Source: Candidatus Abzuiibacterium crystallinum
GTDB lineage: Bacteria > Omnitrophota > Omnitrophia > Omnitrophales > Abzuiibacteriaceae
Assembly: GCA_002787155.1 (NCBI GenBank)
Contig: PCVY01000065.1
Coordinates: 65,286 to 129,285 of the forward strand
Direction of reading: 5' to 3'
DNA length: 64,000 bases
The stretch's first letter is position 1, and the number at the start of each line of letters is the position of its first letter. The notes below the pieces were generated by a model. The model ran no database searches, was not told the origin of the DNA, and was given only the letters and a program-made list of their open reading frames with translations. The position numbers were made by a program, and so were the translations under genes. Shown in pieces: positions 38,919 through 48,191 of the stretch.

Positions 38919-39569
38919 TTATTTTTTTTGTCTCAGTTTCGTGATTTGGTCATCTTCGCCTACGACAATCATAACATCATCCGGTTGAAACTGATACTTA
39001 GGTTCCGGCACAACTTTCAAGTTGCCCTTAAGCGGGTTTTTGACGGCCAAAACATGAAATCCATAACGGTTTCTGAGATCCAATGCCTCGATGGATTTCC
39101 CGATAAATTCCTGCGGCACCGCTACTTCTACTACGCTTTTATCCTCGCTCAACCGCACAACATCAAGCACATCGGGAGAAACGAGGCTTGAAACCAGCCG
39201 GATGGCTTCATCCCGTTCGGGAAAAACCACTTGATGCGCCCCGATAATTTTTAAAATTTTACCGTGGTCATCGCTAATGGCTTTCGCAATGATCCGCTTA
39301 GTACCGAGATCTTTCAAATGATGTGTTACCAAAACACTGGCATCAACAATATCACCCAAAGAAACCACCACTACGTCCATATCCCGCGCAAACTTCTCCA
39401 ACAAATCACGGTCCTTGGCATTCCCGATAACTACTTGCCCAACGTTGTCTTTCAGATCATCCAGCTTTTCCTGATCGATGTCGATTAAGACCACTTCGCA
39501 TTCTTTTGCCGCCATCTCCACAGCAACCGTCGCTCCGAAATTACCCGCACCAATCACCAATGCTTTCAT
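38919..39569 (-). CDS. ktrA: KtrA/TrkA K+ uptake regulatory subunit (RCK_N + RCK_C)
   Basis: VIGAGNFG, IAKA, VVFPERD, C-terminal RCK_C. Confidence 0.9.
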   Translation of the reverse strand: MKALVIGAGNFGATVAVEMAAKECEVVLIDIDQEKLDDLKDNVGQVVIGNAKDRDLLEKFARDMDVVVVSLGDIVDASVLVTHHLKDLGTKRIIAKAISDDHGKILKIIGAHQVVFPERDEAIRLVSSLVSPDVLDVVRLSEDKSVVEVAVPQEFIGKSIEALDLRNRYGFHVLAVKNPLKGNLKVVPEPKYQFQPDDVMIVVGEDDQITKLRQKK

Positions 39570-39594
39570 ATTGCTTCTCCTCTCATCATTGATC

Positions 39595-40950
39595 TTATCC
39601 GATTACCACTTCTTCTTCCGCATATTCATAACTGGGTCCCCGTTTACGAGCCCAAAAAGCCAGCCCTAAGGTAAGCGGCCCGATACGTCCGACAAACATC
39701 AAAAAAATCGTCAATAACTTGCCCGGCGCAGACAGAACAGGCGTCACGCCGGTTGACAAACCGACGGTACCAAAAGCTGAGGTTGCCTCAAAAAAAAGAT
39801 CCAGAAAACCTCCTTTCGAAGCGGTATGAGAAATGCCGATGTGCTCTGTCACCTGATAAAGAAGGGTAGCGATACTAATTAAAACCAAAGCACTTGCAAA
39901 AACAGCTACCGCCCGCCCTACATTTTCTCTTGCAACATTGCGCCGAAAAATGGAAGCGGTGACTTTGCCCCGCATGTGGTTACGCACAAGTGCCGCTAAC
40001 ACCGCAAAGGTCGATACCTTGATACCGCCCGCGGTAGAACTGGGACAGCCTCCGATAAACATATAAAACACGATAAAGAAAAGGGTAGCGTTGGTCAAAG
40101 AAGCCGTGTGGATCGTGTTCAGACCTGCCGTGCGTGAAGTAACGGAAAGGAAAAAAGCGTTTATAATCTGTTCGTGCATCTTTAAGCCCAATAATAAATT
40201 TTGTCTTTCAAACAACCAAACTACCAAAGCACCCAATACAATTAAAACCGCACTGGTTACAAGGCAAATCCGTGTGTGTAAGCTGAGGCGCATGCGTTCT
40301 CCGTGCATGCGTTTGAACATCCACACCCGAAGCTCGTCAACTAGCATAAAACCAAGACCGCCCAGCACAATTAAGATCATAATGACCGACGGCAGATAAA
40401 TTTCTTTTTGAAAATGCATTAAACTATCTTCATACAAACTAAATCCTGCGTTACAAAAGGCGGATACCGCATGAAAAATAGACGAATAAAGTGCATAGGG
40501 CGCCGCATGGATCTCTTGAAGCCGAATATAAAGCAATGCTGCGCCCAATGTTTCAAAAGAGATCGTCATAAGAAAAACTGCTACTAAGACTGCTAATAAA
40601 TTACGTTTGTCGCCACGGTGAGGCTGGAATCCGACAGCATAGCGCGACGTCAATGTGACGCTGCGCCTTGCGACCAGCATGAAGAAAACGGAAAATGTCA
40701 TGATACCGAGTCCGCCGGCTTGCATCAAAGCAAGAATAATCAGCTGGCCGAATCGCGTCAGTTCCGTTCCAATATTAACAACACTCAAGCCGGTCACGCA
40801 AACCGCCGAGGTCGCCATAAAAAAAGCGTCTAGCCAACTAAGCGGCGCCTCGGCACTTGCATTTGGAAACATCAAAAGCAACGTGCCAAAGGCAATCACA
40901 CCTAAAAAGCTGAATGCAATCGTTTTGGCTGGGTTTAAGGTTGCTGTCAT
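39595..40950 (-). CDS. ktrB: KtrB/TrkH K+ uptake membrane subunit
   Basis: SAVCVTGL, SAFCNAGF, RTAG, STAGGIK, SAFGTVGLS. Confidence 0.92.
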   Translation of the reverse strand: MTATLNPAKTIAFSFLGVIAFGTLLLMFPNASAEAPLSWLDAFFMATSAVCVTGLSVVNIGTELTRFGQLIILALMQAGGLGIMTFSVFFMLVARRSVTLTSRYAVGFQPHRGDKRNLLAVLVAVFLMTISFETLGAALLYIRLQEIHAAPYALYSSIFHAVSAFCNAGFSLYEDSLMHFQKEIYLPSVIMILIVLGGLGFMLVDELRVWMFKRMHGERMRLSLHTRICLVTSAVLIVLGALVVWLFERQNLLLGLKMHEQIINAFFLSVTSRTAGLNTIHTASLTNATLFFIVFYMFIGGCPSSTAGGIKVSTFAVLAALVRNHMRGKVTASIFRRNVARENVGRAVAVFASALVLISIATLLYQVTEHIGISHTASKGGFLDLFFEATSAFGTVGLSTGVTPVLSAPGKLLTIFLMFVGRIGPLTLGLAFWARKRGPSYEYAEEEVVIG

Positions 40951-40973
40951 AAAAAGACCATGGAATAAAGATG

Positions 40974-41002
40974 AGGGACGGTTTTTTTCAGGAACCGTCC
41001 CT
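40974..41002. repeat. Inverted repeat AGGGACGGTT-N9-AACCGTCCCT
   Basis: Same family as 17394-17447. Confidence 0.7.
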
Positions 41003-41054
41003 ATTTTTCTTTTACACCATTAAGTGATGACTTATGTTCTGGTGCACTTGTCAT

Positions 41055-43160
41055 TTAAAACAAATGATTCTGAGCAACAAATGATGCCAAGACAATGGCA
41101 ACCATCGACATCAATTTAATCAAGATGTTGAGAGAAGGCCCGGCTGTGTCTTTAAAAGGATCTCCTACCGTGTCACCCACGACCGCAGCTTTATGCGCGG
41201 AGGATCCTTTGCCGCCAAAATTACCTGCTTCAATATGCTTTTTCGCATTATCCCATGCGCCGCCGGCACTGGCCATCATGATGGCCAGTACAAATCCGCA
41301 CACGATACTCCCTAAAAGTAATCCGATGGTTGCTTCCACACCAAACAACCATCCAATAACAGCAGGCGCCAACAACGCTAGAATAGAAGGCAGCACCATT
41401 TCTTTTTGAGCTGCTTTGGTCACAATATCAACGCAGCGTCCGTTATCGGCCTCGGCTTTACCTTCAAGCAATCCTTTGATTTCTTTGAATTGGCGCCTGA
41501 CTTCTACGACCACCTGCTGAGCCGCGCGCCCCACCGCATCCATGGTTAAAGCACAAAAAACAAAGGGCAGCATGGCGCCGATAAAAAGCCCTACGATAAA
41601 ATTTGGATTTGTAATCGATAAACTCACCTGAAAACCCATTTTGATCACGAGATCTCGATAAGCAACCACTAATGCCAAAGCAGTCAAAGCAGCAGAACCG
41701 ATGGCAAAACCTTTTCCGGTAGCGGCTGTCGTATTGCCCAAACTATCAAGCGCGTCTGTTCGTTCCCTGACCTTCGGATCTAAATTCGCCATTTGTGCAT
41801 TGCCGCCGGCATTATCGGCAATCGGCCCATAAGCATCGGACGCTAATGTAATACCGAGTGTCGAAAGCATCCCCACTGCTGCGATCGCAATGCCGTAAAG
41901 ACCTTTTTCAAATTCCAGCTTGCCTCCTGAAAAATAGAAAGCAGCTAAAATACCAACAGCCACAAAAATAACAACCGGTGCTGTTGAAAGAAATCCGACG
42001 CCCAAACCGCGAATAATAACGGTAGCCGGTCCGGTTTGTGCACTTTCGGAAATAGAACGCGTCGGCCCATAAGTGTCCGAGGTAAAATACTCAGTGGCGA
42101 AACTAATGAGAAGCCCGACTACAAGACCCGTCACAATAGCCCAGAAGATTCCAATATTTTCCGCACCCATGACGTGGCGAACCATAAAAAATGAAAATAA
42201 AACGATAAACCCGCTGCTCGCAATAACACCGCTTCTGAGCGCTTTCAACAACTCGCCTTGATTGACGGTTTCTTTTGTTCTCACAAAGAAAAATCCGATG
42301 ATGGAAGCTAAAATGCCGCAAGCGGCAATACCGATCGGAAGCAGCATGCCGCTCAAACCAAAACCAGCGCTAACAGAAAGTGCTACCGCTGCAATAATAG
42401 AACCGATGTAGGATTCAAATAAGTCAGCGCCCATACCAGCCACATCACCAACGCAATCTCCGACGTTATCGGCAATGACCGCAGGGTTTCGGGGATCGTC
42501 TTCCGGAATGCCGGCTTCTACTTTCCCTACCAGATCGGCGCCAACATCCGCCGCTTTGGTAAAAATACCGCCGCCCACACGCGCAAAAAGTGCTTGAGAG
42601 CTAGCGCCGATTCCAAACGGCAGGATGGTTTGCGAAAGAAGAAGCAGGCGATCAGCTTCGGTTAATTCGCCGCTGCCCATGAAATAATGATTTAATGCGA
42701 AATACCAACCCGTCACATAAATGACCCCGAGGCCTACAACGGTAAAACCCATCACGGCACCGCCTGAGAAAGCGACGCGGAGGGCTTGATTTAAGCTGGT
42801 AATCGCCGCATGCGCTGTCCGGCTGCTGGAACTGGTTGCGATAGTCATTCCAATATATCCGGCTAAAGCCGAAAATAAACCGCCGATTAAAAACGCAAAT
42901 GGGACAAAAATAAGGAAGTATCCTTGTGAAGACAAATAAAGCAGGATAATAAAAACAACCGTGAAAAAAACAGACACCCCGATATATTGGCGGCGTAAAT
43001 ACGCGCGTGCACCCACTTTTACCGCATTGGCAATATGGCGCATTCGCTCATTGCCATCCGGACTCCAAAAAATGCGCATCATGAGATAAACTGAAAAACC
43101 CAGCGCCAAAAACCCGCTCAATAAGCCGCTCACGGCGAGCCAATCGGTTGTTATTTGCAT
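41055..43160 (-). CDS. hppA: Membrane pyrophosphatase, K+-dependent, probably Na+-translocating
   Basis: [28 protein letters not shown] (Ala = K+-dependent), [10 protein letters not shown]. Confidence 0.95.
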   Translation of the reverse strand: MQITTDWLAVSGLLSGFLALGFSVYLMMRIFWSPDGNERMRHIANAVKVGARAYLRRQYIGVSVFFTVVFIILLYLSSQGYFLIFVPFAFLIGGLFSALAGYIGMTIATSSSSRTAHAAITSLNQALRVAFSGGAVMGFTVVGLGVIYVTGWYFALNHYFMGSGELTEADRLLLLSQTILPFGIGASSQALFARVGGGIFTKAADVGADLVGKVEAGIPEDDPRNPAVIADNVGDCVGDVAGMGADLFESYIGSIIAAVALSVSAGFGLSGMLLPIGIAACGILASIIGFFFVRTKETVNQGELLKALRSGVIASSGFIVLFSFFMVRHVMGAENIGIFWAIVTGLVVGLLISFATEYFTSDTYGPTRSISESAQTGPATVIIRGLGVGFLSTAPVVIFVAVGILAAFYFSGGKLEFEKGLYGIAIAAVGMLSTLGITLASDAYGPIADNAGGNAQMANLDPKVRERTDALDSLGNTTAATGKGFAIGSAALTALALVVAYRDLVIKMGFQVSLSITNPNFIVGLFIGAMLPFVFCALTMDAVGRAAQQVVVEVRRQFKEIKGLLEGKAEADNGRCVDIVTKAAQKEMVLPSILALLAPAVIGWLFGVEATIGLLLGSIVCGFVLAIMMASAGGAWDNAKKHIEAGNFGGKGSSAHKAAVVGDTVGDPFKDTAGPSLNILIKLMSMVAIVLASFVAQNHLF

Positions 43161-43180
43161 ACGACTCTCCCTGTCATTAG

Positions 43181-43204
43181 GGGGCCAGACCCTAACCTGA
43201 CCCT
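43181..43204. repeat. Degenerate REP-like copy GGGGCCAGACCCTAACCTGACCCT
   Basis: Two mismatches to the reverse complement of the 28435 copy. Confidence 0.75.
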
Positions 43205-43256
43205 CAGGTTACGAATTAAATTGGATTGATAAGAAAATTGTGGAACTCAGAAAAGT

Positions 43257-44210
43257 TCATGAAGCGCTAGCTTGCGCGATCTCCCGTACATCATCTGTTA
43301 AAGCTGTGCTCAGGTAACGTTCGCCAAAGCTGGGGATAATGACCACGATTAATTTACCTTTATTTTCGGCACGCTTTGCGACTTGTACAGCTGCGCAGAC
43401 GGCTGCTCCGGATGAAATGCCGACCAATAGACCTTCTTCTTTGGCAAGACGTCTTGCCCAAGCAATCGCATCCTCATTGGATATTTGGATAACTTCATCA
43501 ATGATTTTCGTATTCAAAATGTCGGGCACAAAACCGGCACCAATGCCTTGAATTTTATGCGGACCCGGAGCACCGCCCGACAAAACAGGAGAATCTTTCG
43601 GTTCTACTGCAATTGCCTTAAATGCGGGTTTCTTAAGTTTGATGACCTCCGAGACACCCGTAATGGTTCCACCCGTTCCGACTCCCGAAATCAGGATATC
43701 AACTTTACCGTCTGTGTCGTTCCAGATTTCATTCGCAGTGGTTTTTTTATGGATGTCAACGTTCGCAGGGTTTTTAAACTGCTGCGGCATAAATGAATTA
43801 GCTGTTTTAGAAACTAACTCTTCTGCCTTTTCAATAGCCCCCCTCATCCCCTTCGGCCCCGGTGTGAGGATTAATTCGGCGCCCAACAAACGGAGCAGGA
43901 CGCGTCTTTCAATACTCATCGTTTCAGGCATGGTCAAAATCAGACGATAGCCCTTCGCAGCACAAACAAAAGCAAGCGCAATACCCGTGTTGCCGCTGGT
44001 GGGCTCAATGACCACAAAACCTTTTTTAAGGATGCCCTTTTTTTCGGCGTCCTCAATCATATTAACGCCGATTCTGTCTTTGACGCTTGCCAAGGGATTA
44101 AAGAATTCGAGTTTGGCGGCTATGGTTGCCGCACAACCTTCGGTGACCCGGTTTAACCGGACCAATGGTGTGTTGCCTATGGTTTTGGTAATATCATCGT
44201 AAATCTTCAT
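43257..44210 (-). CDS. cysK: Cysteine synthase A
   Basis: [28 protein letters not shown]. Confidence 0.97.
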   Translation of the reverse strand: MKIYDDITKTIGNTPLVRLNRVTEGCAATIAAKLEFFNPLASVKDRIGVNMIEDAEKKGILKKGFVVIEPTSGNTGIALAFVCAAKGYRLILTMPETMSIERRVLLRLLGAELILTPGPKGMRGAIEKAEELVSKTANSFMPQQFKNPANVDIHKKTTANEIWNDTDGKVDILISGVGTGGTITGVSEVIKLKKPAFKAIAVEPKDSPVLSGGAPGPHKIQGIGAGFVPDILNTKIIDEVIQISNEDAIAWARRLAKEEGLLVGISSGAAVCAAVQVAKRAENKGKLIVVIIPSFGERYLSTALTDDVREIAQASAS

Positions 44211-44263
44211 CGCTTACCTTTCTGTTATGAGACCAGACAGCCTTAAACACGGGAAATCAAATT

Positions 44264-44896
44264 TTATCGCTGATTAGAATGTTCGTCAATTAATTGCTTT
44301 AACACCTTCAGATGCTCCGCCATCAGCGGTTTTTTACGCGGGTCACGCAGAATATAAGCAGGATGATAAAGGACGATTAATTGAACTTGCGGAAAATGAG
44401 GGTGCGTAAAAGGTTTACCGACCGCTTCTGCCATTCCCGTTTGCGGCTTGCCCGAAATCATGTGTTTAAGCGACGTGGCACCTAAAAGACCGATCACCGT
44501 CGGGTTTAAAAGTGCAATTTGTTTGCGGAGAAAAGGCAAACATTGATCAACTTCTTCTTGCTTGGGAGCACGGTTTTCAGGTGGACGGCATTTGATGATA
44601 TTAGCAATGAGGGTATCCTGATTCGTATCAATGCCGGCTTCCAGCATCATTTGATCCATTAACTGACCTGCGCGCCCGACAAAAGCTCTTCCTTGTTTGT
44701 CCTCATTTTCACCGGGCGCTTCACCAATCAGAAGTGTGGCAGCTTGGGAATTGCCGCGATCAATAACGATATGCTGTCTGCCCTGTGATAAAGGACATTT
44801 TTGACAGTTAGAAGCAATCAGGGCCTGTTTGAATGCCTGGTAGGTTTTAGCTTCTAAGATTTGATTGGAAGTAGAGTCAAATAAATCAAACTGCAT
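44264..44896 (-). CDS. Uracil-DNA glycosylase family 4
   Basis: CxxC, GEAPGENED, FVGRAG, KCRPPENR, HPAY. Confidence 0.93.
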   Translation of the reverse strand: MQFDLFDSTSNQILEAKTYQAFKQALIASNCQKCPLSQGRQHIVIDRGNSQAATLLIGEAPGENEDKQGRAFVGRAGQLMDQMMLEAGIDTNQDTLIANIIKCRPPENRAPKQEEVDQCLPFLRKQIALLNPTVIGLLGATSLKHMISGKPQTGMAEAVGKPFTHPHFPQVQLIVLYHPAYILRDPRKKPLMAEHLKVLKQLIDEHSNQR

Positions 44897-44903
44897 CTTT
44901 TTT

Positions 44904-44965
44904 TAAGGGGACAACTCCCTTTTTCACTTTTCCATCTTTTTCAGAAAAAGGGAGTTGTCCCCTTA
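44904..44965. repeat. Perfect 22-bp inverted repeat with 18-nt spacer
   Basis: TAAGGGGACAACTCCCTTTTTC / GAAAAAGGGAGTTGTCCCCTTA. Confidence 0.85.
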
Positions 44966-44976
44966 CCCTTCACGAA

Positions 44977-45150
44977 TTATTTCAACAAAAGGCCCTGCCT
45001 TTTCAAAGCTTTCTTAATACGTGCCACCGCTTGGATGATGCTGTTGCCTTCTGTTAAGTTGTTCCGGCAGATGGCTGCATAACCGCGCCGATTTTTAATT
45101 TTGAAAGTTTTGACTTCCCGTTTTGAAATGGAGCGTAATGTTTTTGCCAT
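44977..45150 (-). CDS. 57-aa basic protein (not in ORF track)
   Basis: AAGGAGG RBS 5 nt before ATG; MAKTLRSISKREVKTFKIKNRRGYAAICRNNLTEGNSIIQAVARIKKALKRQGLLLK. Confidence 0.8.
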   Translation of the reverse strand: MAKTLRSISKREVKTFKIKNRRGYAAICRNNLTEGNSIIQAVARIKKALKRQGLLLK

Positions 45151-45180
45151 GGCGGCCTCCTTTTTAGTTTGGAAACAGAT

Positions 45181-46296
45181 CTAATTACCGAGAATCTTTT
45201 TGGAACTTTCTCCTCCGCCGAACTGAATCCCTTTCATGCTGAGCGATAACTCATGAGGTCTGTCACTGGCACGGTACATTTCAATTTCCGAAATTAATCC
45301 TTCATTTTTTAACCCAACCAAACTTTGATTGAGGGATTGCATACCGTCAGCTGCACCGCTTTGCATCACTTGTGTGAGTTTATCTAAACGCTGTTGACGA
45401 ACCATGTCGGCTACCATTTGTGTCATCGTCAAGATTTCAAAAGCAGGCACGTAACCATGCCCCCTGGCAATCGGAACAAGACGCTGGGTAGCAATCAGGT
45501 TTAAATTGTAAGAAATATCTACCAAGACCCGTGAACGTTCATCGGGCGGGAAGAAACTCAACAAGCGTTCAAACACATGCATGATACTTCTGGCATGGAC
45601 CGTTGAAATCACCAAACGGCCGATTTCGGCAGCTGCCATGGCGCTGATAAAGGTTTCCGCATCCCGAATTTCGCCGATAAAAATGACGTCCGGTGCCTGA
45701 CGCGTCGCAAAACGAAGCGCGCTCGCAAAGCCCGGCGTATCTTGGCCGACTTCGCGCTGATTGATCAAACTCCGTTTATTCACGTGCAAAAACTCAACCG
45801 GGTCTTCAATGGTGATAATATGCTTTTCAACATTTTGGTTGATTTGATTGATCATGGCATTCGCGGTTGTGCTTTTACCAGATGAGGCGGCGCCAGCAAT
45901 TAAAATTAAGCCGCGTTCTGCCAAAGCCCATTTTTTCAAAATGGGCGGGATGCGCAATGCTTCAAACGAGGGGATTTCCCGCCAAGCTACCCGAATCACA
46001 CAACTTAGTTGCCCTTGTTGATAAAAAAGATTGGCGCGCAAGCGCCCATGGCCTTCGATGGCAAATGACAAATCAACGCTTTTATCATGTTCTAATTGAT
46101 TCTTGTGATGCGCCTGCATTAAAAATTCTGCGATGCGGGTCATTTCTTCGTGCGTGGTTGTGTTGAGACCTTCAAACAAACGCAATTGGTTGGCCGAACG
46201 GAAGCAGGGCTTGGCATCTGTTTTAAGATACAAATCCGTCCCCTTATGGGTTTCCATATAATCCAAGCATTTCTTCAAATAATCATGCGCATTCAT
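45181..46296 (-). CDS. PilT/PilU-family ATPase (PilU-like paralog)
   Basis: GAASSGKST, TIEDPVE, GEIRD, TVHA; lacks the AIRNLIRE motif. Confidence 0.88.
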   Translation of the reverse strand: MNAHDYLKKCLDYMETHKGTDLYLKTDAKPCFRSANQLRLFEGLNTTTHEEMTRIAEFLMQAHHKNQLEHDKSVDLSFAIEGHGRLRANLFYQQGQLSCVIRVAWREIPSFEALRIPPILKKWALAERGLILIAGAASSGKSTTANAMINQINQNVEKHIITIEDPVEFLHVNKRSLINQREVGQDTPGFASALRFATRQAPDVIFIGEIRDAETFISAMAAAEIGRLVISTVHARSIMHVFERLLSFFPPDERSRVLVDISYNLNLIATQRLVPIARGHGYVPAFEILTMTQMVADMVRQQRLDKLTQVMQSGAADGMQSLNQSLVGLKNEGLISEIEMYRASDRPHELSLSMKGIQFGGGESSKKILGN

Positions 46297-46326
46297 GAGA
46301 AGGTATTCCGGTTTTTGGGATGAACT

Positions 46327-46560
46327 TTAAATTTCATAATCTGTGGGCTCTTCTTTTATCAAGCCGAACTTAATTCGATTCCAAATACGTTCGTGAACAA
46401 AATAGCCAAAGATCTTTGCGAGCGAATCTATGATACCAATGGTAGCGGAAAGTTTAAGTTCGCCCGTTACTATGAAGACCACGCCAAAAGTAAAAAGCGT
46501 GCCCATCGCTCTGTATGTAATGGCTTTGACAATGCTTCGTTTGTGCGTTTCGATAACCAC
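46327..46560 (-). CDS. DUF2061-like small membrane protein
   Basis: ETHKRSIVKAITYR ... YFVHERIWNRIKFG. Confidence 0.85.
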   Translation of the reverse strand: MVIETHKRSIVKAITYRAMGTLFTFGVVFIVTGELKLSATIGIIDSLAKIFGYFVHERIWNRIKFGLIKEEPTDYEI

Positions 46561-46590
46561 GGGTTTTCTTTCCTATATACAACGTCACTT

Positions 46591-46851
46591 TTAGGAGATT
46601 CCTAACTTTTTATCCAACTGGCCGGATTCATCCAGCGCTTGTAACTCTTGAAATCCGCCGACAAAATCATCACCAATAAAAATTTGAGGCACGGTTTGGT
46701 GATTGGTTTTCTTAATCACAGCCGTCAAGGCAGAAGGATCCTTTGATGCGTTAATCTCCTCGAAAGCAACTTGTTTGTCTTCTAGAAGACGTTTAGCGGC
46801 TTGGCAGTACGGACAATAGTCTTTTGTATAAATTGTAACTTTAGGCATCAT
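46591..46851 (-). CDS. grxC: Glutaredoxin 3-like
   Basis: CPYC, TVPQIFI, GG, LDKKL. Confidence 0.93.
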   Translation of the reverse strand: MMPKVTIYTKDYCPYCQAAKRLLEDKQVAFEEINASKDPSALTAVIKKTNHQTVPQIFIGDDFVGGFQELQALDESGQLDKKLGIS

Positions 46852-46861
46852 TTCTATTATA

Positions 46862-48172
46862 TTACAAATACTGCCTCATGTAACGAAAAGGCGGCGTGAA
46901 GCGGCCATTCTGGGTAATCACAGCCCGCCGCAGTTCTCCCGGCAATGCCGCATGCTCTGTTATATCCAAAGCACCGTGCGCTGCAACCTGATAAACATAA
47001 TCCCTGATAAGAGCGCTGAAATCAACGCTGGCATCTTTGGGTAACTCACAGGGAAGGTTGTCCACGGCTAATACCGCGATACCTCTTCTCCAAAACCCGT
47101 CTTGAATTTGTCCGGTCTCGGGATGATAAGTATAAATGGGGTTTCCCGGTGTCGTGGTTTTCTTCGTGATTTCGATGGTACCGCTGACATCACAGGATAA
47201 ATCACCGATAAATACCAGCCTGGGCTTCTTTTTCTGACGAGTTAACTTTTTTATCATTTTTTCCGAAACCAGCCGCGGATAACGTTTAGTCCAATAGCTG
47301 GCATTGATTAACATATTGATGTGGGGCAAATATTGATCTAAGTTTGATTCAAATCGGTCGGGATATTCTAAATATTCTTCAAAATAAAACCCTTTTCGTT
47401 TTTTTGATCTTAATTTTTCTTCACGGTTAAAAACAATTTTATAAATTTGTTTGTTTCGTTTCTTTTGGTGTCGAATAAAAACCATGATATCTTTGGGATG
47501 AATTTCGATCGGCCTAAAGATATCTAATACTTCTTGCGCGCCTTGCGACACATTGCCGTGCCCTGTAATCCCTACGATAAAAGGCGTGATGGGAAGAGGA
47601 AATCCTTTCTTTCTGGTTTCACGGGCTACCCAACGCAAATGACGTCTCGCTTGTTTGTAGTCTTTGTAGTCCAATGCACGCCTCACATGCAGCAAGGGTG
47701 TTTCGATGCCTTGTGCTTCGTAACGTCTGCCCAAAAAATGCAAGCCGTCAATCATGCCGCAAATACCGGCAAATCGGCCAAAATAAACCAAACGTTGACG
47801 GCGCAGATCGACAATGTGTTCGTAGTCTATCAAGGTGATGCGTTGACGAAGGGCTTCGCGCAATAAGGGCCGATTCGCGGGTTGGCCTTTTGTGGTATGA
47901 GAAAAAACCATGTAAATCTTGCGGTTTAGAAGTTCTGCGGGAAGCGGTTCTTTAACGCCGATGAGTAATTTAGCTTGCTTAAAACGCGTCACGATTTTAG
48001 CGCCGGCCCGTTTGAATTCATGATCACGAAAAATTCTTAAAGAACTCGAAAGCACTTCAACCGGAATATGCCGTTCGACAAGCCATTTGACATCATGCGG
48101 TGTCAGGGGAGCTCGCCTTTCCCATCTATTTTTTGATTCGGCCAAAATACCAACGGTTAAAACTTGCCTCAC
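46862..48172 (-). CDS. Lysine-ketoglutarate reductase / saccharopine dehydrogenase-like (AlaDh/PNT family)
   Basis: WERRAPLTP, GVKE, FSHTTKGQ, LIDYE, FGRFAG, DLSCD, VDNLP. Confidence 0.8.
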   Translation of the reverse strand: MRQVLTVGILAESKNRWERRAPLTPHDVKWLVERHIPVEVLSSSLRIFRDHEFKRAGAKIVTRFKQAKLLIGVKEPLPAELLNRKIYMVFSHTTKGQPANRPLLREALRQRITLIDYEHIVDLRRQRLVYFGRFAGICGMIDGLHFLGRRYEAQGIETPLLHVRRALDYKDYKQARRHLRWVARETRKKGFPLPITPFIVGITGHGNVSQGAQEVLDIFRPIEIHPKDIMVFIRHQKKRNKQIYKIVFNREEKLRSKKRKGFYFEEYLEYPDRFESNLDQYLPHINMLINASYWTKRYPRLVSEKMIKKLTRQKKKPRLVFIGDLSCDVSGTIEITKKTTTPGNPIYTYHPETGQIQDGFWRRGIAVLAVDNLPCELPKDASVDFSALIRDYVYQVAAHGALDITEHAALPGELRRAVITQNGRFTPPFRYMRQYL

Positions 48173-48191
48173 AAATCACTCGACAATTTAA

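Noticed and set aside
44977-45150. PVC signature small basic protein
   Set aside because: Similar size and charge but lacks the RNVL.R.ER and GLPKV motifs.
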